64,000 nt of DNA from Halodesulfurarchaeum sp. (GTDB taxonomy: Archaea > Halobacteriota > Halobacteria > Halobacteriales > Halobacteriaceae): assembly GCA_042216015.1 (NCBI GenBank), contig JBDGUI010000013.1, forward strand, positions 1-64,000, given 5' to 3'. This document shows, piece after piece, positions 19,111-29,021 of this stretch. A program made the position numbers and the translations under genes. Below the pieces are notes generated by a model, which was given only the letters and a program-made list of their open reading frames with translations, searched no databases and had not been told where the DNA came from. Numbering within the stretch: position 1 is the stretch's first letter; the number at the start of each line of letters is the position of its first letter.

Positions 19111-19136
19111 TCAGGAGGTCCCGCACCGCTTTCGAA

Positions 19137-19640
19137 TCAGTCCACAAGCGTTTTCCGCATTTCGAGGACCCGCCCCTCGACCCGTTCGTCGAACTCGTAG
19201 TCGGCCTCACGGACACTCGTGAAGCCGTGGCCCTCGTAGAACGGGACCGCGTTGAGCGAGGCCCACAGCCCCAGTGATTCGAGCCCCAGCTCTCGGGCCC
19301 GGGTTTCCAGGGCCTCGTAGATCGTCGTCCCGATTCCCTGGCGGGCGACGGCCGGGTGGACGTAGATCGCCGTGATCTTGCCGTCCACCGGCGCGTCGAA
19401 GTCCGCGGCCGGCTCCGGCGACAGCCACCCGAACCCCACGATCGAGCCGCCGCGCTCCGCAACGAAGACGGCCGTCTCCGGGTCCTCGATGGGATAATCC
19501 GCCGAATCGCGGTCGTGGGCCCACGCCTCGACCTGCTCCGGGCTGTAGCACTCCCCGCCCAGCCCCCGGATCGAGGCGAGGTGCACGTCCCGGATGGCCT
19601 CGGCGTCCTCCGGGCGCGCCCGGCGGATGGAGAGGGACAT
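19137..19640 (-). CDS. GNAT family N-acetyltransferase
   Basis: IYVHPAVARQGIGT acetyl-CoA motif, ASLNAVPFYEGHGF; start at ATG 19640. Confidence 0.88.
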   Translation of the reverse strand: MSLSIRRARPEDAEAIRDVHLASIRGLGGECYSPEQVEAWAHDRDSADYPIEDPETAVFVAERGGSIVGFGWLSPEPAADFDAPVDGKITAIYVHPAVARQGIGTTIYEALETRARELGLESLGLWASLNAVPFYEGHGFTSVREADYEFDERVEGRVLEMRKTLVD

Positions 19641-19749
19641 ATTCGTCCTCCCGGTCCCCGTCACCAAGAAACTCGCCGTTCCCGTCCAATTGGCCGCTGC
19701 TTGCCTCCGGGACACCACTGAAACACACCCGCGCTCGGCCAGACTCGGG

Positions 19750-19845
19750 ACTGGTCAAGCAACTGCGACTGACCAGCCACTGCTACTGGCCCGCAGCCAC
19801 TCGACTGGTACTGGACCACCAAATACTCGACTGCTACTGGTCGAC
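19750..19845. repeat. Degenerate ACTGCTACTGG-type repeats
   Basis: ACTCGACTGGTACTGG (19799-19814), ACTCGACTGCTACTGG (19825-19840), plus partial copies near 19762 and 19779. Confidence 0.6.
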
Positions 19846-21150
19846 TAGGCGCTCTGCGGCCTCCTTCGCGTCGGTGAGCCGGCCGATGATTCCCGCCCGA
19901 TCGGTGTAGTTGGTCACGAACTCGACGTCCGCCGGGGGGTCCAGTCGGTCGAGGGCTTCCCACGAGCGATCGTAGGCCGGCATGCCCGGCTCCCAGCGGT
20001 GGACGTTGAGCACCTCGGCGTCCGCGTCGAGGAGCTCCTCGAATTCCCGGGCGGCGATTTCGCCGATCTCCGCGTCATCCTTCGCGAGCAGGCCGTCGTC
20101 CCGACCGCCCCCCAGATAGGCGGTGTAGACGCCGTCGCGGTCCAGCATGCTCGCGTTCCAGGTCATCCCGAGCGTGTCGTAGCCAGCCTCCGGGAGGATC
20201 TGACAGCCATGGCCGACGACGCCCGCAGCCGAGTGCAGGTGCACGACGACGATCGGGTTGTAGTTGAACTCCCGGAGGGTGGACGCGAGGGCCGAATCCA
20301 CCGGCTCGAGGAGGGCCGCTGCCGTCGGTGCCGGCGGGGTCATCCCGACCGCGTCGACCGCCTTTCGTCCGGATTCGGTAACGATCTCGTAGCCGTCGCC
20401 GGCGGGTTCGATCGACTCGACGGGCGCGTCGAACTCGATGCTGTCGGCGTGGCGCTCGGCGAGCGCCTCCGGAAGCCGGCCCAGCCCGTCCTCGAAGGTG
20501 ACGATCGGGGGCGGGTCACGACCCTTGAGCGCGTACGGGGCGACCGCCCCGAGGATCGAGTCCCCGATCCCGTGCCGCTCGAGCGCCCGTCCGAGCGAGT
20601 ACTCGACGAGCATCTCGTCGGCCGCGGTTCCGTAGAGTCCGGTGTAGAGCGGGGCGAACAGCCGATGGGCGGCCTCGCGGCCGAATTTCCTGGTGAGGAA
20701 CCCCTCGACGGTCTCGCTCGGCTGGGGGCCGGCGGTGAGCGGCTCTGCGAGGACGCGGAGTTTCCCCCGCCAGGAGAGCAGGTCCGTGGTGATCGCCTCA
20801 CGGATGGAGAGCGGCGCGACCCGAAACGTTCCCTCGTGGTAAACGTAGAGTGGCTGGTCGGTATGCCCCTCGCGGAGTTCCGCGTCGAGGCCCAGTTCCT
20901 CGACGAGTGCCTTTACCGGCCCGGCCAGCCGGAGTCGCTGGGGTCCCAGTTCGAGCACGTGTCCATCGATCTGCCGGGACTGGATCGTGCCGCCGGGGCG
21001 TCCCTTGGCCTCGAAGGTCGCCGTCTCGATGCCCCGCTTTCGAAGGGAGTGAGTCAGCGCCAGCCCCGAGATGCCGGCCCCGACGATTCCCACCCGTGGC
21101 CCGTCGCGTTCGGCTCCAGCCGAACCGGCCTGGGGGCCCGTCTCCGGCAT
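19834..21150 (-). CDS. hemY: Coproporphyrinogen/protoporphyrinogen oxidase (HemY/CgoX family)
   Basis: VGAGISGL FAD motif, GGTIQS, LELGP, HRWEPGMPAY; ATG at 21150 two bases after the radical SAM stop. Confidence 0.88.
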   Translation of the reverse strand: MPETGPQAGSAGAERDGPRVGIVGAGISGLALTHSLRKRGIETATFEAKGRPGGTIQSRQIDGHVLELGPQRLRLAGPVKALVEELGLDAELREGHTDQPLYVYHEGTFRVAPLSIREAITTDLLSWRGKLRVLAEPLTAGPQPSETVEGFLTRKFGREAAHRLFAPLYTGLYGTAADEMLVEYSLGRALERHGIGDSILGAVAPYALKGRDPPPIVTFEDGLGRLPEALAERHADSIEFDAPVESIEPAGDGYEIVTESGRKAVDAVGMTPPAPTAAALLEPVDSALASTLREFNYNPIVVVHLHSAAGVVGHGCQILPEAGYDTLGMTWNASMLDRDGVYTAYLGGGRDDGLLAKDDAEIGEIAAREFEELLDADAEVLNVHRWEPGMPAYDRSWEALDRLDPPADVEFVTNYTDRAGIIGRLTDAKEAAERLVDQ

Positions 21151-21152
21151 CG

Positions 21153-22349
21153 TCAATCCCCGGCCCGCTCTGCGGAAATCAACGTCTCGACGGCCGGGCA
21201 GAGCGGATCGCTCGCCATCGGATTCCCGGTCGCGGCGTAGGCTCGCGAGCGGCTCCCGCCGCAGATCTCCCGGTGCTCGCAGGTGCCACAGGAGCCGGTG
21301 AGCCGGTCGTCGTCCCGGAGCATACAGAACTGATCCGAATCCCGGTAGATGTCCACAAGCGAGGTCTCGGTCACGTTGCCGCCCCGGAGGGGCATGAACC
21401 CCGAGGGGAACACGTCCCCTTCGTGGCTCACGAAGACGAATCCCTTTCCGGCCCGGGTCGAGCCCACGTGGACGTCGTTCCCGCTTGCGGCCTGTTCGAC
21501 CCGATTGGCCACGACCCGATAGTGTGGGGCCTCGACGGTGATCGTCCGATACGGGGCCGACTTCTGGCGCTCGTAGAGAAACTCCATCACGTCGACGGTC
21601 TCTGCGGGATCGAGCTGTTCGAGTTCGGTCCCGCGTCCGATCGGGACGAGGAAGAACACCTCCCACATCGCCGCCCCCAGCTCCTCGACCAGGTCTGCGA
21701 TCTCCGGGAGATCCTCGACCGTGTTCGCGGTCACCGTCGTGTTGATCTGGATGCCGAGGCCCACTTCTTTGGCCATCTTCGCGCGGTCCATGATCAAATC
21801 GAAGGAGCCCTCCTCGCCCCGGAAGGCGTCGTGATTCGCCGCCGTCGCGCCGTCGAGGGAGAGCGCGATCCGTTTGACCCCGAGATCGGCGAACGTCTCG
21901 AGGACCTTCCGATCCAGAAGCGAGGTCGGGGCCGGGGTGACCGCCGTCGGGAGACCCTGGTCGGTGGCGTACTCGATAAGTTCGAAGAGGTCGGGTCGCT
22001 TGAGCGGGTCACCGCCCGAGATCACGAAAACCGGTGTGGGATGGCCGAAGTCGGCGATCTGGTCGATCAGGTCCTTCCCCTCGGCCGTGGAGAGTTCGTT
22101 CGGGTCCCGGTCCGGCTGTGCGTCTGCCCGGCAGTGATCGCACTCGAGGTCACAGGCCTGGGTGACCTCCCACGTGGCGATGAGCGGGGTCCGGTCGTAG
22201 TTCCGGCCGCCCGGCCCGCCACCCTTGCCGTGACTCCCCATTGTGCCGTCATCGCCGCCGTGACCCTCCATTGTGCCGTCACCGCTGCCGTGACTCCCCC
22301 GCGGGTCCCCGCTGCTGCCGGGTGTGCCGCCCGGATGTCCGTGGGCCAT
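21153..22349 (-). CDS. Radical SAM/SPASM protein, heme-biosynthesis-associated (AhbD/NirJ-like, TIGR04053-type)
   Basis: WEVTQACDLECDHCRA CxxxCxxC, SGGDPLKRPD, CGTCEHREICGGSRSRAYA...SDPLC; Gly/His N-tail. Confidence 0.85.
   Translation of the reverse strand: MAHGHPGGTPGSSGDPRGSHGSGDGTMEGHGGDDGTMGSHGKGGGPGGRNYDRTPLIATWEVTQACDLECDHCRADAQPDRDPNELSTAEGKDLIDQIADFGHPTPVFVISGGDPLKRPDLFELIEYATDQGLPTAVTPAPTSLLDRKVLETFADLGVKRIALSLDGATAANHDAFRGEEGSFDLIMDRAKMAKEVGLGIQINTTVTANTVEDLPEIADLVEELGAAMWEVFFLVPIGRGTELEQLDPAETVDVMEFLYERQKSAPYRTITVEAPHYRVVANRVEQAASGNDVHVGSTRAGKGFVFVSHEGDVFPSGFMPLRGGNVTETSLVDIYRDSDQFCMLRDDDRLTGSCGTCEHREICGGSRSRAYAATGNPMASDPLCPAVETLISAERAGD
22227..22320. repeat. 30-bp tandem repeat (about 3 copies) encoding the Gly/His-rich N-tail
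   Basis: GCCGTGACTCCCCATTGTGCCGTCATCGCC / GCCGTGACCCTCCATTGTGCCGTCACCGCT / GCCGTGACTCCC... Confidence 0.85.
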
Positions 22350-22467
22350 TGTGTCCGGCAGTACGGGGTCGACGGATAAAAGCCCCGTTCCCCGCGGTCG
22401 GGGCAGGACGAACGGAGCCGCGAATTTATATCCGGTCGGGCGAATACCCCCTAGAGACGAGACATCG

Positions 22468-23853
22468 ATGAACGAACTGTCTGCGCTCTCGGTCTCGCAC
22501 AAGCGGGCCTCGGTCGAACGGATCAGTCAGTTGACCGAGCGCTCGACTGAGGACATGCTGCCCCGGCTGCTCGCGGCGGGGGCAACCGAGGCCTTCGTGC
22601 TTCACACGTGTAACCGGGCCGAATACTACGTGACCGGCCCGACCGAGGCCCGCGAGGAAGCGCTCGAGGGTGTGGACGTTCCCGCCGACGTCGTAAAGCG
22701 GGTCGAGGGCCCCGACGTCGCCCGCCACCTCTTCCGGGTCGCCGCTGGCCTCGAGAGCATGGTCGTCGGCGAGGACGAAATCCTCGGTCAGGTCACGGAC
22801 GCACAGGAAACGGCCATCCCCTTCCTCGAGGGAACACTCGGTCCCGTCGTGGAGCGGGCGATCCGGGTCGGCAAGCGGGTCAGGTCCGAGACCCGGATCA
22901 ACGAGGGCAACTCCTCGATGGGCACCGCGGCGGCCGAACTCGCCAGCCGGCAGGTCGAGGACATCGCGGCGTCCCGGGCCATCGTCATCGGGGCCGGCGA
23001 GATGGGTCGACTCGTCGCCTCCCCGCTCGCGGATCGGGGGGCGGACATCCTGGTGACCAACCGGACCTACGAGTCGGCGAAGGATCTCGCCGATCGGGTC
23101 GACGGCACCCCGATCTGCTTCGAGGCCGTCCAGTCGCGTCTCCAGTACGTCGACCTGGTCGTCACCGCGACTGACGCCCCTCACCCCATTCTGGACGAGG
23201 TGACCTTCGAGGGGGCTGATGTCGTCGCGCTGGATCTGTCGAATCCGCCGGACATCGACCCGTCGGTCGAGGAACTCGACTCGGTTCGAGTGTTCGATAT
23301 CGACGACATCGGCAGCATCGTCGACAGCGCGATGGCCCGGCGCAGCGAGGCGGCCACGGAGGCCGAGACGATCGTCGACCGGGAGATGGCGGCCCTCGAG
23401 CGCGACCTGAAAAAACGGGAGGCCGAATCGATGCTCTCGACCATCTATGAGCGGGCCGAGGAGCTCCGTGCGGCCGAAGTTCGGCGAGCCGCCAACCGCC
23501 TCGAGGAGAAGGGTGGCCTGAACGAGGCGGAGCGGGAGATCCTCGAGGAGATGGGCTCTGCACTCGTCAACAAACTCCTCTCGACGCCGACCCGGACGAT
23601 CAAGGAGGCCGCCGTCTCCGAGGACTACCAGACCCTGCAGGCGGTCGCCGAAGTCTTCCAGGTGCCGGAGACCCCCTCGGCGGGCGATGGACGGCCCAAT
23701 CCGGGGGGCGAGGGGCAACCCAACCCGGCGAGCGATGGAGAGCCAAAGTCAGCAGGTGAGGGGCAGCCCGAACCGGCTGGAGAGGACCCAGCGGACCCGT
23801 CCGACCCGGCGGCCACCGGGTCCGACACGGTCGAGAACGGGCCAGATTCGTAG
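22468..23853 (+). CDS. hemA: Glutamyl-tRNA reductase
   Basis: LHTCNRAEYY catalytic Cys, HLFRVAAGLESMVVGEDEILGQV, IGAGEMG; low-complexity C-tail. Confidence 0.95.
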   Translation: MNELSALSVSHKRASVERISQLTERSTEDMLPRLLAAGATEAFVLHTCNRAEYYVTGPTEAREEALEGVDVPADVVKRVEGPDVARHLFRVAAGLESMVVGEDEILGQVTDAQETAIPFLEGTLGPVVERAIRVGKRVRSETRINEGNSSMGTAAAELASRQVEDIAASRAIVIGAGEMGRLVASPLADRGADILVTNRTYESAKDLADRVDGTPICFEAVQSRLQYVDLVVTATDAPHPILDEVTFEGADVVALDLSNPPDIDPSVEELDSVRVFDIDDIGSIVDSAMARRSEAATEAETIVDREMAALERDLKKREAESMLSTIYERAEELRAAEVRRAANRLEEKGGLNEAEREILEEMGSALVNKLLSTPTRTIKEAAVSEDYQTLQAVAEVFQVPETPSAGDGRPNPGGEGQPNPASDGEPKSAGEGQPEPAGEDPADPSDPAATGSDTVENGPDS

Positions 23854-23948
23854 CGGTCGGCCACCGCAGGATTGGTGATGGTCGGTCACTGCAGTGGGTC
23901 CGCCGACCCAAAGGAACTTGATTATCCGGGCCATACAACCGCCAAACG

Positions 23949-25178
<1,230 letters not shown>

Positions 25179-25230
25179 CGGCTCCGGCCACGGGTTTCGA
25201 CCGGCCGGGATGGTGCACGGACCGCCCCCG

Positions 25231-25312
25231 GGACTCGGACTGGGCCGAACCGGTTTTCCAATGGACTCGGTTCGGACCGAACCGGTTTCCCGAACGACTC
25301 GGACCGAACCGA
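25231..25312. repeat. Degenerate ~32-bp tandem repeat (2.5 copies)
   Basis: GGACTCGGACTGGGCCGAACCGGTTTTCC / GGACTCGGTTCGGACCGAACCGGTTTCCC / GACTCGGACCGAACCG. Confidence 0.75.
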
Positions 25313-25347
25313 CATGGATTAATTCGACACGCCCATTTTCAGAGAGG

Positions 25348-25821
25348 ATGGGGACGATCAGGGTCGTCTGGGGCACGGGACGCGGGCCGACCGAGACTGC
25401 GGCCTACGACGCCGCGCTCGCCGCGGCCAACGTCCACAACTACAATCTCGTGAGCGTCTCCTCCATTATCCCGGCCGACGGAACGGTCGTCCGGAGCGAC
25501 ACCGCCCCGGATCTCGGCCCGGCCGGATACCGCCTCACGGTCGTCGAGGGGTCCTCGACGGTGACGGGGCCGGGGGTCACCTCGGCCGCGCTCGCCTGGA
25601 CGACGGGCGAGGGTCCCGGACTCTTCTACGAGTCGGCCGGTCCTTCGGAGCCCGAATCCGTCGAGACGCGGGTTCGGGAGGGCATCGAGGCCGGACGGGA
25701 ACTCCGTGACTGGCCGGTGGACGGCGTCGAAACCCAGACGGCGACCATCGAGGCCGAGAGTGGAGAGTACGCCAGCGCGGTGGTCCTTGCCGTCTACGGC
25801 GAGGCCGAACCGATCCTGTGA
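25348..25821 (+). CDS. pdaD: Pyruvoyl-dependent arginine decarboxylase
   Basis: YDAALAAANVHNYNLVSVSSIIP with the Ser-Ser autocleavage site. Confidence 0.92.
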   Translation: MGTIRVVWGTGRGPTETAAYDAALAAANVHNYNLVSVSSIIPADGTVVRSDTAPDLGPAGYRLTVVEGSSTVTGPGVTSAALAWTTGEGPGLFYESAGPSEPESVETRVREGIEAGRELRDWPVDGVETQTATIEAESGEYASAVVLAVYGEAEPIL

Positions 25822-25873
25822 GATGGGGCCCCGATCGGGGATCCCTCGGCCGATTCGACCACTTTTCAGCCCC

Positions 25874-25918
25874 CGAAGCGGGCCGCTGGGCCGTGAAACC
25901 CGGCGATTGCCCGCTTCG
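25874..25918 (+). terminator. Strong hairpin after pdaD (possible terminator or processing signal)
   Basis: CGAAGCGGGC/GCCCGCTTCG 10-bp stem plus inner CGCTGGG/CCCGGCG. Confidence 0.4.
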
Positions 25919-25959
25919 ACCGAAAGGGTTTACGCGGCAGGGGCCGCTATCGAATGGTA

Positions 25960-26328
25960 ATGTATGGAAACACGCCGTATGCGGGCCGGCCGGCCGAGGG
26001 AGACACCCCGGAGGTCTCGGCCACGACGCGGCGAGCCCTTCAGGAGCGGGTTTCCCACGTCGAGAAGCGCACCCGCCGATATCTCCCGGACGAGTACCAG
26101 GTCGGTTCCCAGGTGGTCAGCTCGACCACCGGGGCCCAGGTGACCGTCGCGGTGCGACCACCGATTGGAAACCCGGTCAGCGCTGGATTCACGCCGGACC
26201 TGGAAAACCCGGCTGAGGACCCGATCTCGGGCGAGGACGTCGAGGAGGTCGCTCGCGGTCTCGCGGCGAGTGCCGCCCTGCAGGTCAAACAGGCACTCGG
26301 CGACGACGTGCCCCCGATGGCACGGTAG
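25960..26328 (+). CDS. Conserved haloarchaeal protein (DUF5811-like)
   Basis: MYGNTPYAG...VAVRPPIGNPVSAGF...ARGLAASAALQVKQ. Confidence 0.8.
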   Translation: MYGNTPYAGRPAEGDTPEVSATTRRALQERVSHVEKRTRRYLPDEYQVGSQVVSSTTGAQVTVAVRPPIGNPVSAGFTPDLENPAEDPISGEDVEEVARGLAASAALQVKQALGDDVPPMAR

Positions 26329-26390
26329 AACGGATTTCGGTCATTACTGACAGTACTGCGGTTTTCCTCGATACGACCCGCCCGAGCTTG

Positions 26391-26528
26391 CTAGCTGGCC
26401 CGACAGGTCGGGCAGGTGTGGTCCTCCCCGTAATCGACCAGCCCGACGGCCTTCCGCCCGCTGTGTCGCCAGAAGCTGTTGCAGTTCGGGCACTCCCTGA
26501 TCTGGTGGAACTGGGTTGCGTGTTGCAT
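26391..26528 (-). CDS. 45-aa CPxC zinc-finger microprotein (below the ORF-track cutoff)
   Basis: Hand translation MQHATQFHQIRECPNCNSFWRHSGRKAVGLVDYGEDHTCPTCRAS*; CCTTAAG about 28-31 nt upstream. Confidence 0.72.
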   Translation of the reverse strand: MQHATQFHQIRECPNCNSFWRHSGRKAVGLVDYGEDHTCPTCRAS

Positions 26529-26892
26529 CACGTCGTATCCATCATGGTTGTGCACTTAAGGATTATCCTGAAACATGTGCTAACAATATTAGATCATTAA
26601 ACACATATAAGGACAATCGAAAGGCGCCACTTTCCACTTTCGTGTATCGGGCCGATCGGCAAACCGGCACGTGGGACCGATTCAGTCATTCCGAACCCAG
26701 CGAAAGGCGGGAGGACCCCTCATCGGTGGACTCGTCGAGGAATGGTCGGCCGCCTCGATGAAATGGCTGTGGGGGCACTTTAATGGCAGACACAGGGAGG
26801 CAGACGATTTGCCCTCATCTGGAGTTGGTGGGTAACAGCTCCCGGACATACTTCGTTGCTGAACGAAGACAGTCTATACAGCAACGACTTCG

Positions 26893-26996
26893 CCCCCTGA
26901 TCTCGAATCGCGAATCGCCGGCAGGTCCATCGTTCCATCGATCTCCCAGTTCCGAGCCTCCATGATCTGCTTGACAATACTCCAACCGATCCCGGG
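26893..26996 (-). pseudogene. Frameshifted remnant of a histidine-kinase HATPase C-terminus
   Basis: PGIGWSIVKQIMEARNWEIDG, 1-nt loss, then DGPAGDSRFEIRG; compare TGFGLSIVQHVVESHGWNIQVTESADGGARFEISG in the neighbouring kinase. Confidence 0.7.
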
Positions 26997-27147
26997 GGGA
27001 AATATCGTGTGACTAGTTCTTTCAAGAGACTAAAAATAGATAACGTATGGACTCAGCGGACGTGACGCTGCCGCCATTCCATTCCATCACATATTGGATT
27101 ACTTATTAGGACATCGCTCTTCTTTCCCTACAGGGTATCAATTTACG

Positions 27148-28680
27148 ATGGATGGTGATTCTGGCGGAGGCCCCGAAAGATGGGACGAGGAGTGGACGTT
27201 TGATTTTGCCTCCGCCGATCGGCGCAAGCCTTTGATCGGGTTGTTCATCGCTGGGGTTACTTTTGTCGGGGCCTTTCTCCTCCAGGCGGCGAATTATCTG
27301 CTGTTCCACAGTCTCGCAGAAATGTTTAGTATCGTCATCGCGAGTGGGGTGTTTATCATCGCCTGGAATTCACGAAAGCGGATTGCAAACAACTTCTTCA
27401 TTATTATTGGAGTTTCGTATGGGTCGATCGCGATTCTCGATCTCATCCACGCACTCTCCTATGCTGGAATGGGAGTGTTTCCAGCATATGGGGCAAATCT
27501 TCCGACAGAATTATGGATCGGAGCACGATTGATAGAGGCACTTTCATTGGCAGTCGGAGCGGTGTTCGTCGCGAATTCCAAACTCAATGCCAGAATTTCG
27601 CTTGGACAGGATCTGACGGAGGATCTGTTGTTAGTTTCCACCTATTGTCTCATTACCACACTCGTATTGGGGTCGGTATTCCTCGGCATGTTTCCGGATG
27701 CGTATATCGAGGGGGTCGGCTTGACCACGTTCAAAATACTGAGCGAATATGTCATTATCGCGCTTCTCGTGATAGCCCTGGGATTGCTCTACCGGAACCG
27801 GCAGGTTTTCGAGAAGCGCATATTCCGGTATCTCGGAGTCGCAATCGTCCTCACAATCGGGGCCGAGTTCATGTTCACCCTCTATCTCAGCGTGTACGGA
27901 ATCTCGAACATGCTCGGGCACGTTTTGAAAATCGCGTCGTTTTACTTCATCTATGTGGCCGTCATCAGGACGGGGATACGGGAGCCCCAGCGGGTCCTGT
28001 TTCGACAGCTAGCCGAAGAACGACGTGAATTAGCCGCCCGTAAAGAAGAACTCGAACGTCAAAACGATCGTTTGGATCAATTTGCAAGTCTCGTCTCCCA
28101 TGATCTTCGGAATCCGCTCACTGTCGCGCAAGGACGGATAGAACTTGCACGTGAATCGGCCGATAGCCCGCATTTGGATAAGGCGGCAAAGGCGATCAAT
28201 CGAAGCTTGGATTTGATCGAGGATATGCTGTCACTGGCCCGGGCGGGTCGGCACGTGAGCGAGAAAGAAACCGTCGAACTTGAGGCCCTCGTCGAGAGCT
28301 GCTGGAATACTGTGGATACTGCGGAGGCAACGATTGAGTCCGATATCGATCGCTCGGTACGAGCGGATCGAAGTCGGCTGCAACAACTCGTTGAAAACCT
28401 CATTCGAAATGCGGTCGATCATGGAGGCGAGGATGTGACCATTAGAATCGGACCGCTTCCAGATGGGTTCTTTATCGAAGACGATGGGCCAGGCATCCCA
28501 CCTGAGGAACGGGAGCAAGTGTTCGAATCGGAGTATTCGACCGCTGAGAAGGGGACCGGATTCGGACTGTCCATCGTTCAGCACGTCGTTGAATCTCACG
28601 GCTGGAATATCCAGGTTACCGAAAGTGCTGACGGGGGTGCCAGGTTCGAAATATCCGGTGTTGAATCGGTAAACAAGTGA
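27148..28680 (+). CDS. Membrane sensor histidine kinase with MASE3-type input domain
   Basis: NYLLFHSLAEMFSIVIA...LDLIHALSYAGMGVF...NLPTELWIGAR; SHDLRNPL H-box; N/G boxes; visibly lower GC. Confidence 0.9.
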   Translation: MDGDSGGGPERWDEEWTFDFASADRRKPLIGLFIAGVTFVGAFLLQAANYLLFHSLAEMFSIVIASGVFIIAWNSRKRIANNFFIIIGVSYGSIAILDLIHALSYAGMGVFPAYGANLPTELWIGARLIEALSLAVGAVFVANSKLNARISLGQDLTEDLLLVSTYCLITTLVLGSVFLGMFPDAYIEGVGLTTFKILSEYVIIALLVIALGLLYRNRQVFEKRIFRYLGVAIVLTIGAEFMFTLYLSVYGISNMLGHVLKIASFYFIYVAVIRTGIREPQRVLFRQLAEERRELAARKEELERQNDRLDQFASLVSHDLRNPLTVAQGRIELARESADSPHLDKAAKAINRSLDLIEDMLSLARAGRHVSEKETVELEALVESCWNTVDTAEATIESDIDRSVRADRSRLQQLVENLIRNAVDHGGEDVTIRIGPLPDGFFIEDDGPGIPPEEREQVFESEYSTAEKGTGFGLSIVQHVVESHGWNIQVTESADGGARFEISGVESVNK

Positions 28681-28834
28681 TATTTGAATAACTTCACCTG
28701 ACGATCGCTAGATGTCCTCCTCAACATCAGTTTTTGAAATAATTTCGTGCTGCATTCGCGCCATGAATTACGCACGTGTGATTTCTCGGAGTATCGAGAC
28801 GTCCATCAGAAATCGTGATCCGAACGTGACACTC

Positions 28835-29020
28835 TCATTGTCTTCCGTGATTCCCGACCGAATCGAATTCGTTCACCAACAGTGGGGCGATCACGCCCAG
28901 CCCGATGAGCACCGCGAGCCCGGCCTCGCTCGGCAGGTCGGTCCACCGCATGAGGCCGAAACTCGCGGCGATCGCGAGGAGGCCGAAGCCCGCGATGATC
29001 GTGTTCTCCCGGGACGGCAT
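28835..29020 (-). CDS. Small two-TM membrane protein
   Basis: 61 aa, two hydrophobic helices, starts 1 nt after the infB stop. Confidence 0.65.
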   Translation of the reverse strand: MPSRENTIIAGFGLLAIAASFGLMRWTDLPSEAGLAVLIGLGVIAPLLVNEFDSVGNHGRQ

Positions 29021-29021
29021 G

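Noticed and set aside
26780..27025. Listed short ORFs 26783-26965 (+) and 26780-27025 (-)
   Set aside because: No motifs and non-acidic composition; the region is better explained by the frameshifted kinase remnant in other frames.
26330..28834. Insertion sequence or provirus as the cause of the low-GC islet
   Set aside because: No transposase, integrase, terminal inverted repeats or convincing target duplication were seen.
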